Origin: an uncultured Syntrophales bacterium
GTDB lineage: Bacteria; Desulfobacterota; Syntrophia; Syntrophales; JADFWA01
DNA length: 56,835 nt
Assembly (NCBI GenBank): GCA_964650385.1
Contig: CAZYTP010000005.1
Coordinates: forward strand, 1 to 56,835
Direction: 5' to 3'
In this document: positions 1 through 9,833 of the stretch, in pieces
Position numbering within the stretch: the first letter of the stretch is position 1
Layout: each line of letters opens with the position of its first letter
Made by a program: the position numbers and the translations under genes
Notes under the pieces: generated by a model
Seen by the model: the letters and a program-made list of their open reading frames with translations, nothing else
Told to the model about the DNA's origin: nothing
Database searches by the model: none

Positions 1-1200
1 AGTGTATTCGGGTATTATATAGAGGTGACAAAGGCCAATGCTGGTCTCGTTCCCGATGATTACATCAGAAAACAGACCCTGGTGAATGCAGAGAGATATA
101 TAAATCAGGAACTCAAAGGGTATGAATACACAGTTCTCAATGCCGAGGATAAGAAGAAGGAGAGAGAATATGATCTCTTTGTGAAGATAAGGGATCGGGC
201 GGCTCAAGAGATCAAGAGGATTCAGAAGACCGCCTCATTGCTTGCCGATCTTGATGCCATTGTATCTCTCGCCGAGGTGGCTGAAAAATACAATTACTGC
301 TGTCCCCATGTGGATGATCAAGACTCCATCGAAATACATGATGGCAGGCATCCGGTGGTAGAAAGGATGTCTTCGTCTGAGGGATTTGTGCCGAATGACA
401 CCTGCCTTGATTGCGATAAGAACCGCTTTTTCATTATCACCGGTCCCAATATGGCTGGAAAATCGACCTATATCAGACAGGTAGCGCTTATAACGCTGAT
501 GGCACAGATGGGCAGCTTTGTACCGGCATCCGAGGCAAGGATCGGCGTTGTCGACAGAATATTCACCCGTGTTGGCGCCACGGATAGTCTGGCCAGGGGA
601 CAGAGTACCTTTATGGTGGAGATGAACGAAGTAGCTCATATCTTGAAGAATGCCACAAAGAAAAGTTTAATTCTCCTCGATGAAGTGGGAAGGGGAACAA
701 GTACCTTTGACGGTCTCAGCATAGCATGGGCCGTGGCGGAACACATCCACGATTCCGGTCACATTGGTGCCCGTACCCTCTTTGCCACCCACTATCACCA
801 GCTGACGGATATAGCCCTAACCGGAGAAGGGGTGAAGAATTTTCATGTTGCCGTGAAAGAGTGGGGTGAAAGGATAATATTCTTGAGGAAGATTGTGGCG
901 GGGGGTACAAGCAGGAGTTATGGTATCCAGGTTGCCCGTCTTGCGGGGGTTCCTGAAGAGGTTATCTTGAGGGCAAGGGAAGTCCTTGAGAATCTGGAAA
1001 AGGGGGAGCTGGATGAGGTAGGAATGCCTAAAATAGCCCCCGGGAAAGACAAAGAAAAAAAAGGGCAGTTAAGCCTCTTCATGGATGACGAGGATCATAT
1101 CTTAAATGAACTCAAGGGGCTTGATATTGCCAATATAACCCCTATGGAAGCATTGCATATGATAAATGAATGGCAAACTAAGATTAAAGGTAATAAGTGA
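1..1200 (+). CDS. mutS: DNA mismatch repair protein MutS, 5'-partial (runs off window start)
   Basis: Frame +1 is open from base 1 (SVFGYYIEV). MutS ATPase motifs [44 protein letters not shown]. Confidence 0.97.
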   Translation, partial: SVFGYYIEVTKANAGLVPDDYIRKQTLVNAERYINQELKGYEYTVLNAEDKKKEREYDLFVKIRDRAAQEIKRIQKTASLLADLDAIVSLAEVAEKYNYCCPHVDDQDSIEIHDGRHPVVERMSSSEGFVPNDTCLDCDKNRFFIITGPNMAGKSTYIRQVALITLMAQMGSFVPASEARIGVVDRIFTRVGATDSLARGQSTFMVEMNEVAHILKNATKKSLILLDEVGRGTSTFDGLSIAWAVAEHIHDSGHIGARTLFATHYHQLTDIALTGEGVKNFHVAVKEWGERIIFLRKIVAGGTSRSYGIQVARLAGVPEEVILRAREVLENLEKGELDEVGMPKIAPGKDKEKKGQLSLFMDDEDHILNELKGLDIANITPMEALHMINEWQTKIKGNK

Positions 1201-1526
1201 ATAAATACTCAGGTATAAGTATTTACAAGTCACAAATTGCCAGTGACGTAGAGAGCGTCAAATCCGTAACCACTTATCTGCTTCCGAAGAAAAAGGGAGA
1301 TTGTTGCGAAACATCTGATAATCTTGCAATAATCGCAAAAGTTAAGGCAAGGCTAATCAAAGACAAGGAAATCTGGTCGACAAACATCAAAGTAAAATCG
1401 GTTCAATGCAACGTAGTGCTTCTGGGTATTGTTGGTTCCAAGGCGGAAATTCATAAAATTATCGACCATATTAAAAGTGTAGAAGGTGTCAGGAGTGTCA
1501 AGTCTTTCCTGAAATCCATCAAGTAA
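1197..1526 (+). CDS. BON-domain protein, probably N-terminally truncated
   Basis: [14 protein letters not shown]...[16 protein letters not shown]...VEGVRSVKS is a BON pattern. It is preceded by the apparent tail of another BON repeat; no signal peptide. Confidence 0.6.
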   Translation: MNKYSGISIYKSQIASDVESVKSVTTYLLPKKKGDCCETSDNLAIIAKVKARLIKDKEIWSTNIKVKSVQCNVVLLGIVGSKAEIHKIIDHIKSVEGVRSVKSFLKSIK

Positions 1527-3836
1527 TCATTTCATACACACTCTGTATACTTGTTTAAAGTCTGTTTGGCCATTAATCACTTTTGATATACCATCCTGGA
1601 GGAGGGTGGTCATCCCCTCAGAGATGGCTGTGTTACGTATTTCTTCAACCATTGCGTGTTTCTGAACTAATCTCTTGATGTTGTCTGTTGCAATCAGCAC
1701 TTCATGAAGGCCAGTCCTGCCCTTGTATCCACTATTATTGCATTCGCTGCAACCCTTAGGTTGGGATAATTTGAAGTCATCGTTGTAGGGAATATTGAGT
1801 TTTGAGAATAGCTCTTCACCGTAACTTCTTGCTATTTCATCATACTCTTCCCTTGATGGATGATACTCTTCCTTGCATTTACAGAGCGTTCTAACCAGTC
1901 TTTGTGCAAGTATGCAAAGTAGAGAATCGGCAAAATTCAGAGGATCTATCCCCATATCAAGAAGCCGGACAATCGTCTCCGGGGCACTATTTGTATGAAG
2001 GGTGGAAAAAACAAGATGTCCTGTGAGTGAGGCCTCAACACCAATTTTGGCGGTTTCAAAATCCCTCATTTCCCCTACCATGATAACATCCGGATCAGCC
2101 CTTAGAAAGCTGCGCATGGCGTGACTGAAGTCAAAGCCTATTTTGGAGTTAATCTGTACCTGACGGAGACCGTACTGTGTGATTTCAACTGGATCTTCTG
2201 CTGTCCAGATCTTTTTTTCCGGTGTGTTGATATGATGTAGTGCAGCATGAAGGGTTGTGGTCTTGCCTGACCCGGTAGGACCGACAACGAGAACCATTCC
2301 ATAGGGTTTTTGAATTATTTCCAGGAAACCTTTATAATTATATGGCGACATATTCATTTTTTCGAGCGGCATCGTGTCACCCTTGGCAAGAATGCGCATT
2401 ACCACATCCTCATGGCCACCTTGTGTGGGTATTGTTGCCACGCGCAGTTCTATTTCATCACCCTTCCCTCGTTTGAATTTTATCTTGCCATCCTGGGGAA
2501 GCCTACGTTCTGTTATATCAAGATTGGACATTATCTTGAGCCTCGAAACAACTGCTGCTCTGTAACTGTATGGAAGGGTTTGATAAATCGCACAAGCACC
2601 ATCAATCCTGATTCTTACTTCAACATTCTTTTTTTCCAAATTGGCTTCAATATGAATGTCGGATGCATCTTGCATGTGTGCGTCGTTTATAATCTTGTTG
2701 ACGAGTTGCATGATTGCACTATCTGATTCTGTAACTAAATCCCCTTCCTCATCCAGGGATTCATCTTCCTCGTCGAGCATTCCGAGAATATCGCTCATAG
2801 ATGTAACATTATTATGTGTTTGGAAGAAGTGGTTGATGAATCTCAATATATCTTCCCTTGTGGACACATTGTATTCAACCGATTTTGTTTTTAGAAGATT
2901 TTCGATCATATCCCTCTTCAGGATATTGTCAGGGTCGTCCACAATTACCATGACCTTTCCGTCTACCTTTTCTAAAGGAACCCATAACTCGCGACTGAGG
3001 TATTCTCTTCTCAAATTTCGCAGTAGATCTCCGGGTATCGGGTATTTATCGTTGAATTGTATGAACTTGCAAAAGTAAAAATCTCCCAGGGATCTGCCGA
3101 TGTCCTCTTTTGATATTTTGTATTTTGACGTCAGCAGATCTTCAATGGTTACCCTGTTTTTCCTGGCCTCAGCCCAGGCACTTTCCAGATCTCTCTCCTG
3201 TATTAATTCATGGTTTATAAGATAATTAAATTTGTTCCTTCTCCTTGTTTCTACTTTTTTCTGATTGAAGAAGGCAATCCCCAGAACGTCGGCTATCTTT
3301 TCCAGGAAGAACTGTTCCTCAGCAGAAAAAGTTCCCCCTCCTTTTCTATTGAGTATCTGAATAACGCCCATCATGGTATTGGCGTAAAAAATAGGGGCCG
3401 CCATTATCTGCACGGTTCTGTAATTTGTTTTTTTGTCCCAGCTGTCATCAAATGTCAGTTGTTCATCAATCTTTTTTAATTCTTCTGTTTCGTACGCATC
3501 GGCGATATTAACAACGTTTCCAGTGTTTGCCACATAGCCGGCAATGCTTTTATTATTGACGGGCAACCTAATTTCTTTTAGCTTGCTTCCTGTCAGGAAC
3601 ATTGAATAGATTTCATTTTTCACCTGATCCATTACATATATGGTGACTGAATATGCATTGAGAATATTTAAAATGCCGTCTTTAAGATCTACCAGTATCT
3701 GTTTTATATTTTCAGCAGAATGGATACGATTGGCAATATCCTGTAATCCCTTATGAAGAGAAAGCTTTTCCCGTAGTTCTTTTATTTCCTCATGCTTAAT
3801 ATTATTTTTCATATTCGTATCTTCGTTGACCTTCAT
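1527..3836 (-). CDS. GAF-domain-fused GspE/PilB-family secretion/pilus assembly ATPase
   Basis: N-terminal GAF (SIAGYVANTG, DKKTNYRT, GVIQILNR), Walker A GPTGSGKT, EDPVE, VGEMRD, TGHLVFSTLHTN, Cys pairs. Start placed at ATG 3836 after AAAGGG. Confidence 0.9.
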   Translation of the reverse strand: MKVNEDTNMKNNIKHEEIKELREKLSLHKGLQDIANRIHSAENIKQILVDLKDGILNILNAYSVTIYVMDQVKNEIYSMFLTGSKLKEIRLPVNNKSIAGYVANTGNVVNIADAYETEELKKIDEQLTFDDSWDKKTNYRTVQIMAAPIFYANTMMGVIQILNRKGGGTFSAEEQFFLEKIADVLGIAFFNQKKVETRRRNKFNYLINHELIQERDLESAWAEARKNRVTIEDLLTSKYKISKEDIGRSLGDFYFCKFIQFNDKYPIPGDLLRNLRREYLSRELWVPLEKVDGKVMVIVDDPDNILKRDMIENLLKTKSVEYNVSTREDILRFINHFFQTHNNVTSMSDILGMLDEEDESLDEEGDLVTESDSAIMQLVNKIINDAHMQDASDIHIEANLEKKNVEVRIRIDGACAIYQTLPYSYRAAVVSRLKIMSNLDITERRLPQDGKIKFKRGKGDEIELRVATIPTQGGHEDVVMRILAKGDTMPLEKMNMSPYNYKGFLEIIQKPYGMVLVVGPTGSGKTTTLHAALHHINTPEKKIWTAEDPVEITQYGLRQVQINSKIGFDFSHAMRSFLRADPDVIMVGEMRDFETAKIGVEASLTGHLVFSTLHTNSAPETIVRLLDMGIDPLNFADSLLCILAQRLVRTLCKCKEEYHPSREEYDEIARSYGEELFSKLNIPYNDDFKLSQPKGCSECNNSGYKGRTGLHEVLIATDNIKRLVQKHAMVEEIRNTAISEGMTTLLQDGISKVINGQTDFKQVYRVCMK

Positions 3837-4139
3837 AATACCCTTTATGTTAAAGCAGATTTTAGATATTATCAATAGAAATTTGTATAAATTCAAAACT
3901 CTTATTATGCCATTATAACCATATCACTCCTATCTTTGCAGCTTTTGTGGGTCAGGAAAAACTGTCCCCATTTTCAAAACTTTCAGAGCATCTATCTTCC
4001 AAGGTGAAGAAATATAAAAACTTGAATATGATTATCAATTTGTTAAAATGAGTTATTATGGAGGCGTTAGAATGTAAAGGAAAACACCTCACGTGAGGTA
4101 GATCCAAACACGTCTAAAATGACCCAGTGATTGATAACA

Positions 4140-4613
4140 ATGAAAATACTATTTGTCTGTACCGGTAATATCTGTCGAAGCTTCATGGCAGAGCGAATTT
4201 TGAAGAAAAAACTTGCAGAAAATAATTGCACCAATATAGATGTTTCCTCAGCGGGTGTCTATGATATTGAGGGAGTACCCGGCGATCCAAAAGCAGTGAA
4301 AATATTAACTGAAAATGGATTTAATGGTTATGGACATAAATCAAAGCTGTTAACGGATGCAATGGTTGCAGATGCAGACTATATAATTGTAATGGAAAAT
4401 GCCCACAAGAAGATGATCATTGACAAATATACCGATGCAGAAAGTAAAATCTTTCTTCTTAAATCATTTTCAGAAGATGACAACGAATCACATAATGATA
4501 TTAAGGATCCTTATGGACTTTCGGATTATTTCTACAGGCTCTGCTTCGCGGAAATTTATATAACCATAGAAGGTCTAGTGAAAAAACGTATTAAGAATAC
4601 CGGTGTAACATAA
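4140..4613 (+). CDS. Low-molecular-weight protein tyrosine/arginine phosphatase
   Basis: P-loop FVCTGNICRS and DIKDPY acid loop. Confidence 0.9.
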   Translation: MKILFVCTGNICRSFMAERILKKKLAENNCTNIDVSSAGVYDIEGVPGDPKAVKILTENGFNGYGHKSKLLTDAMVADADYIIVMENAHKKMIIDKYTDAESKIFLLKSFSEDDNESHNDIKDPYGLSDYFYRLCFAEIYITIEGLVKKRIKNTGVT

Positions 4614-4664
4614 GTTTTTTGATGGGATTCAGCGGGAAGGGAAAATTTACAAAATCCAAGATTT

Positions 4665-4713
4665 TGAAACTCTCCGCCGCAAGCAGCGGGGAATGCGCTC
4701 GCTGTTCAGTTCA
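4665..4713 (+). repeat. ~50-bp TGAA...TTCA hairpin element, copy 1
   Basis: TGAAACTCTCCGCCGCAAGCAGCGGGGAATGCGCTCGCTGTTCAGTTCA; related copies at 8419, 25954 and 32647. Confidence 0.75.
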
Positions 4714-4794
4714 CAGCAGTCACCTGCCGAAACTCAAAAATCCTGGGTTACAAGACAAGCACTTATAACAAATCATTAATTTCAGTATACTTCA

Positions 4795-4823
4795 TTGACA
4801 AGATACTATTATCACGTTATTCT
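4795..4823 (+). promoter_or_regulatory. Putative sigma70 promoter upstream of the GH3 gene
   Basis: TTGACA-17 nt-TATTCT. Confidence 0.5.
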
Positions 4824-4856
4824 GATTTTACTAAGGAATCTCTTGTAGATAATATT

Positions 4857-4892
4857 GACAAGTTCGTAAAAGTGATTTTTTACAAGTGCATC
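4857..4892. mobile_element. Cargo-less 36-bp MITE (two terminal inverted repeats only)
   Basis: GACAAGTTCGTAAAAGT-GATTTTTTACAAGTGCATC flanked by AATATT/AATATT; ends resemble those of the 131-133-bp elements. Confidence 0.65.
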
Positions 4893-4956
4893 AATATTAA
4901 CACGATATTATAATTCGCAAAATACGAAAAAGGATGCCAGTTGAAATATCTATACG

Positions 4957-6147
4957 ATGCGTAAAACCGGAATTTCTACGAAAAAAAAGGTAAAAACAAA
5001 GATCGACGTAAAGCACGGCCTTTATCTATTCTTGTTGATTTTCTGGATACTTATCCTGCCAATACCTTTCATGCCGCCTTCAGTGAGCGGGGAACTTGCA
5101 GAACCTTCAAATAAAAGTCTCGACATACAAATAGGTCAGATGTTAATGGTCGGGTTCCGGGGACTTGCAGCAGACAATCAAAGTCCAATAATTCAGGACA
5201 TCATAAAGAGAAATATCGGCGGTGTCATCCTCTTTGATTACGACGTCCCATTAAAATCACCTATCAGAAATATAAAGTCCCCAAAACAGGTCAAAGCCTT
5301 AACTGCTGCCCTGCAAAAAGCTTCTTCAATTCCTCTTTTTATTGCGATTGATCAGGAAGGCGGAAAGGTTAATAGGTTAAAAGAAAAGTCTGGATTTCCT
5401 CCCTCCGTATCGGAACAATATCTTGGATCAATTGATAACTCCAATACAACAGAAAGGTTCGCAAAAATAACAGCAAAAACTCTTGCCAACCTTGGGATTA
5501 ACATGAATTTCGCACCAGTAGTTGATCTTAATACAAATCCAGATAATCCCGTAATCGGAAAGTTAGAACGGAGTTTTTCTGCCGATCCGGATATTGTGGT
5601 TAAACATTCGCTTATATTCATCGATGCCTTACACGATTCTGGAGTGCTCTCAGCAATAAAACATTTCCCTGGACATGGCAGTTCATTGAACGATTCCCAT
5701 AAAGGCTTCGTAGATGTAACGAACAGCTGGTCTCCAAATGAACTCAAACCTTTTGAGGTTATTATAAAATCCGGGAAATGCGATATGATAATGACAGCCC
5801 ACATTTTTAATGGAAAAATCGATCCAGAGTGGCCAGCTACCCTCTCATCCAGAACTGTCAAGGGGATACTCCGTAAGGATCTTAAATATAGAGGTGTTGT
5901 CATCTCTGACGACATGCAGATGAAGGCAATCAGATCATTTTACGGCCTTGAAACTGCTATAAAAATGGCGATCTCTTCCGGTGTCGACATCCTGCTTTTT
6001 GCCAATAATTCGGTCTTTGAAGAGGATATCGCGACACGCGCCCTTGTAATAATAAAAAAAATGTTATCTCGTGGTAAAATCAGTCCGGGACGGATCAACG
6101 AATCATACATGAGAATCATGAAGCTTAAGGAGAAGTTGAAAAAGTAG
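4957..6147 (+). CDS. Glycoside hydrolase family 3 beta-N-acetylhexosaminidase (NagZ-like), N-terminal membrane anchor
   Basis: IDQEGGKVNR, NFAPVVDL, KHFPGHG, DSH, ISDDMQM; hydrophobic N-terminal segment. Confidence 0.9.
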   Translation: MRKTGISTKKKVKTKIDVKHGLYLFLLIFWILILPIPFMPPSVSGELAEPSNKSLDIQIGQMLMVGFRGLAADNQSPIIQDIIKRNIGGVILFDYDVPLKSPIRNIKSPKQVKALTAALQKASSIPLFIAIDQEGGKVNRLKEKSGFPPSVSEQYLGSIDNSNTTERFAKITAKTLANLGINMNFAPVVDLNTNPDNPVIGKLERSFSADPDIVVKHSLIFIDALHDSGVLSAIKHFPGHGSSLNDSHKGFVDVTNSWSPNELKPFEVIIKSGKCDMIMTAHIFNGKIDPEWPATLSSRTVKGILRKDLKYRGVVISDDMQMKAIRSFYGLETAIKMAISSGVDILLFANNSVFEEDIATRALVIIKKMLSRGKISPGRINESYMRIMKLKEKLKK

Positions 6148-6254
6148 ATTGCTCCAGAGTAAACACCCTCTCACCCCACAACCAAAAAACTGTAAAAGAC
6201 TTTAAACCCGGTGCGTGGCCAGTACATTACTGTAACTTGGTTAAAAAGCTTCAA

Positions 6255-6938
6255 TTACAAATCAACCCTGATAAAGTCCCGTCTCCGACGTATCTGATTC
6301 CGACCCATAACCAGACCTAAAATCCACCCCAGAAGTAAAACACCGGCTCCACTAATAAACCAGAGCCTGTTTGTCTGTTTCTTGAGCTGCCTGTTCTCTT
6401 CCAAAAGTTTCTCCACTTGACTTTCGAGGTTTTTATTTCTGCTCTCCAAATTGTCTTTCAGCTCCTTTGCCTCAACATACTCGGCTGCCCCCGACTTCAA
6501 TTCCTCATAATTTCTTTTTACCTTCGTCAATTCTTTCTCTTTGGAAAACAGGCTGGATTTCAGTTCTAAATTTGATTTTTCCAGCCGTTCATTACTTTTT
6601 CCAAGACTACTAATTTCATTTTTTGATTTTTCAACCTTCTCCTGAAGTCCAACAATTAGAGAATATTTAGGCATCTCTGAGGTCAAGAAACGCCTCAAGA
6701 CATAACCCTCTTTCCCATTTTTTAGCCGAACCTTGGTCCAATCCTCCCCTTTTTCGAGTACTTCAAGTTCCTCATTTGACTTTAGCATGGCAATAACTTT
6801 ATTTTCGTCAGACGGACCTGTACGTAAGGTAATCTTAAATGAGTCGGTAACGAACATGGTTTCAGCAAAAGCAGAAACAGCAACCAGTATACTAAAAAAT
6901 ACTACTGAAAATAAGGATTTGGAGAACACTTTCTGCAC
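6255..6938 (-). CDS. SH3-domain/coiled-coil membrane protein (YgiM/HtrG, TIGR04211-like)
   Basis: Signal peptide, LRTGPS...WTKVR...EGYV SH3b pattern, coiled coil, C-terminal WFISGAGVLLLG TM helix and Arg-rich tail. Confidence 0.85.
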   Translation of the reverse strand: MQKVFSKSLFSVVFFSILVAVSAFAETMFVTDSFKITLRTGPSDENKVIAMLKSNEELEVLEKGEDWTKVRLKNGKEGYVLRRFLTSEMPKYSLIVGLQEKVEKSKNEISSLGKSNERLEKSNLELKSSLFSKEKELTKVKRNYEELKSGAAEYVEAKELKDNLESRNKNLESQVEKLLEENRQLKKQTNRLWFISGAGVLLLGWILGLVMGRNQIRRRRDFIRVDL

Positions 6939-7185
6939 CCCCTTATATAACTTGAATTAATTTGGTAACATAAAACGTGCTACTTGTCAAAAGTTACACT
7001 AAAAAATCATCCTCCAATACAGCCATGAGTACAAGGAAAAACCTCATATTTCGCAAACTATGTGCATTTTGGCTTGACAAGATAAAGATAGTATTGTCCT
7101 ATTCAGAAAAATATATCAGAATATAGTGAAATCTTCATTTAGTAAGGCAAGGTGATTGGCCAATAAGAGAGTGGAAGGACGATTC

Positions 7186-7584
7186 ATGAAAAAGATAACG
7201 GTGAAGACCGGTTCAAAGTTTGAGATGATAGATATCACTAATCAAGTCAGCAAAATATTAAAAGAAAGAGCTTTTAAAAGCGGTATCTGTCATGTCTTTA
7301 CACCCCATACCACTGTCGCCATTACAATAAACGAAAATGCCGATCCCAACGTGCCAAGGGATATAATGATGGAACTGGACAAGGTTATACCACTCAATGA
7401 TAACTACAGACATATTGAGGGAAACTCTGCCGCCCACATCAAGTCTTCCCTGATTGGGGCCTCAGAAATGGTGCTCATAGAAGATGGTAAGCTTGTACTC
7501 GGCACATGGCAATCTATATTTTTCTGTGAGTTTGATGGTCCCAGGACAAGGAAGGTTCTGATAAAGCTGTTTTCAACAATATGA
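7186..7584 (+). CDS. YjbQ/UPF0047 family protein
   Basis: PHTT, INENADP, HIEGNSAAHIKS, LGTWQ, EFDGPR. Confidence 0.92.
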   Translation: MKKITVKTGSKFEMIDITNQVSKILKERAFKSGICHVFTPHTTVAITINENADPNVPRDIMMELDKVIPLNDNYRHIEGNSAAHIKSSLIGASEMVLIEDGKLVLGTWQSIFFCEFDGPRTRKVLIKLFSTI

Positions 7585-7591
7585 GAAAATA

Positions 7592-8377
7592 ATGGATCCC
7601 GTGAAAATAACCATACTCGGCTCAGGAACATGCGTGCCCTCTTTAAGGAGGAGTTCCTGTTCCATACTTATGGATACAAATGATACAAAGCTTTTATTTG
7701 ACTTGGGGGCTGGCACCATGAGACGATTACTTGAGGCCGGCACAATGATATCAGAGATATCATACCTGTTCTTTAGCCACCTTCATCCCGATCATACTGG
7801 TGAATTTGTCCCCTTTCTCTTTGCTACCAAATATCCCGAAACATACAGCAGACGAACATCTTTCACGGTAGCCGGTGCCGTAGGTCTTAAGAGCTTTTAT
7901 GATGGGTTGAAGAAAGTATATGGATACTGGATTGAGTTGGAAGGCAACTTGTTAAACTTAATAGAATTTGATAATTCTGCACCTGATGGCCTTTCACTCA
8001 AAGCCTTTGATGTTGAAACAATGCCGATGGAGCATATAGAGAGCAGCATCGGCTTTCGAATTACAACACCGGAAGGAACATCTGTAGTCTATACCGGGGA
8101 TACCGATCTTTGTGATAATGCCGTTACACTAGCCAGAAATGCTGACATTTTAATATGTGAAGCTTCCCTTCCTGAGGGGATGAAGGTTTCAGGACACCTG
8201 ACACCTTCGCTGGCAGGTGAAATTGCCGCTCAGGCTAACGCTAAACGGCTTGTTCTCACACATTTTTACCCTGAATGTGACATGGTTGACATCGAAGCCG
8301 AATGTCGTAAAACCTATCAAGGACATCTCACTCTGGCAGAAGATCTATTACAGATTGAAGTAGACATCTCGAACTGA
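7592..8377 (+). CDS. Metallo-beta-lactamase-fold hydrolase (RNase Z/BN-like)
   Basis: LGSG, SHLHPDH, YTGDT, GHLT, LTHFY. Confidence 0.85.
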   Translation: MDPVKITILGSGTCVPSLRRSSCSILMDTNDTKLLFDLGAGTMRRLLEAGTMISEISYLFFSHLHPDHTGEFVPFLFATKYPETYSRRTSFTVAGAVGLKSFYDGLKKVYGYWIELEGNLLNLIEFDNSAPDGLSLKAFDVETMPMEHIESSIGFRITTPEGTSVVYTGDTDLCDNAVTLARNADILICEASLPEGMKVSGHLTPSLAGEIAAQANAKRLVLTHFYPECDMVDIEAECRKTYQGHLTLAEDLLQIEVDISN

Positions 8378-8418
8378 AGTTTCTCATATAAAGGTCGGAA
8401 TGGCGGAATGCGCTTTCA

Positions 8419-8468
8419 GGAAACACCAAGCAGTAAGTCGCGGGAAACACACTCGCAATATATTTTCA
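8419..8468 (+). repeat. ~50-bp TGAA...TTCA element, degenerate copy
   Basis: GGAAACACCAAGCAGTAAGTCGCGGGAAACACACTCGCAATATATTTTCA aligns along the length of the 4665 copy. Confidence 0.45.
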
Positions 8469-8478
8469 GGGGGTTTAG

Positions 8479-9807
8479 ATGATTACATTCACCACAATTA
8501 AAAACATAGGATTTGTTCTGACAAGGTTTGAGGGCACAGATGGAGTAACTCTAGAAACTAAGAAATGGATGCATGTATTAACGACAATGGGTTATAATTG
8601 TTATTTCTTTGCGGGATCATCGGATTCTCAACCTGAAAGGACCATGATAGTACCAGAGGCTTTCTTTGACCATCCTGATATACGAAGAATTCAGGAAAAA
8701 TGCTTCGGCGAGCCCACAAGGACATCACAGATCACCGGTCAAATACACTACCTTAGGAAAAAACTAAAAAATGATTTATACAGATTCATAGAAAATTTTT
8801 CAATTGACATGCTTATTGCTGAAAATGCCCTTACCATTCCGATGAATATCCCCTTAGGACTGGCCCTCACCGAATTGATAGCCGAAATGGGCATTCCCAC
8901 GATAGCTCATCACCATGATTTTTATTGGGAAAGGGATAGGTTTATTGTCAATTGCGTTCATGACTTTCTTTCGATGGCCTTCCCTCCCAATCTTCCATCA
9001 ATACATCACGCGGTGATCAATTCACAGGCCGACAGTAACTTGAGCTACCGCACCGGAATATCTCCTTACATTATTCCTAATGTCTTTCAATACTCGGCAA
9101 GCGCACCATTTATTGATGACTTCAATAAAGACGTAAGAAAAGACTTGGGGCTCGAAGAAGACGATCTCTTTTTCTTGCAACCCACACGAATAGTCGCAAG
9201 AAAAGGGATCGAACATTCCATTGAGGTCGTCAACAGGATGAATGACCCAAAAGTCAAACTTGTAATCACCCATTCTGCAGGCGACGAAGGCGATGAATAC
9301 CACGAAAGAATAATCAGTTATGCAAAGCTTCTGAATGTACCCCTGATTATCAAACCTGAGATTATCGAAAGCAAGAGAAGGATAACTGCCGATGGCAAGA
9401 AGATATATACTATCTGGGATATGTATCCCCATGCGGATTTTGTCACCTACCCTTCACTGTACGAAGGGTTCGGGAATGCATTCCTTGAAGCGATTTTCTT
9501 TAAAAAACCGATTCTCGTTAACAGATACTCGATTTTCCATCAGGATATTGAACCGATAGGGTTTAATGTTGTCAGTATGGACGGATATGTAACCGATGGG
9601 GTTGTCAAAAAAATAAAGCATATATTAAAACACCCGGAAGAAAGGAGAAAGCTGGCAAATAATAATTATACGCTTGCATCCCGCTTTTTCTCCTATGAAG
9701 TACTGGAACAAAAACTGAGAACAATAATATCGAATATTGAAGGCATCTCAAATGAGAGGCGGAATCCCGCGAAGTGGCAGCATCTCTCCCTGCTTTCTGA
9801 TGATTAA
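8479..9807 (+). CDS. GT4 glycosyltransferase (mannosylglucosylglycerate synthase-like)
   Basis: GTDGVTLE, HHHDFYWER, PTRIVARKGIE, YPSLYEGFGNAFLEA. Confidence 0.8.
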   Translation: MITFTTIKNIGFVLTRFEGTDGVTLETKKWMHVLTTMGYNCYFFAGSSDSQPERTMIVPEAFFDHPDIRRIQEKCFGEPTRTSQITGQIHYLRKKLKNDLYRFIENFSIDMLIAENALTIPMNIPLGLALTELIAEMGIPTIAHHHDFYWERDRFIVNCVHDFLSMAFPPNLPSIHHAVINSQADSNLSYRTGISPYIIPNVFQYSASAPFIDDFNKDVRKDLGLEEDDLFFLQPTRIVARKGIEHSIEVVNRMNDPKVKLVITHSAGDEGDEYHERIISYAKLLNVPLIIKPEIIESKRRITADGKKIYTIWDMYPHADFVTYPSLYEGFGNAFLEAIFFKKPILVNRYSIFHQDIEPIGFNVVSMDGYVTDGVVKKIKHILKHPEERRKLANNNYTLASRFFSYEVLEQKLRTIISNIEGISNERRNPAKWQHLSLLSDD

Positions 9808-9833
9808 TTTCGGTAATTTCGTAAAAGATAAAT

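Noticed and set aside
3897..4000. c-di-GMP riboswitch upstream of the GAF-PilB gene
   Set aside because: Only scattered GGGAC/AAAGC words; no GNRA-capped stem with a receptor.
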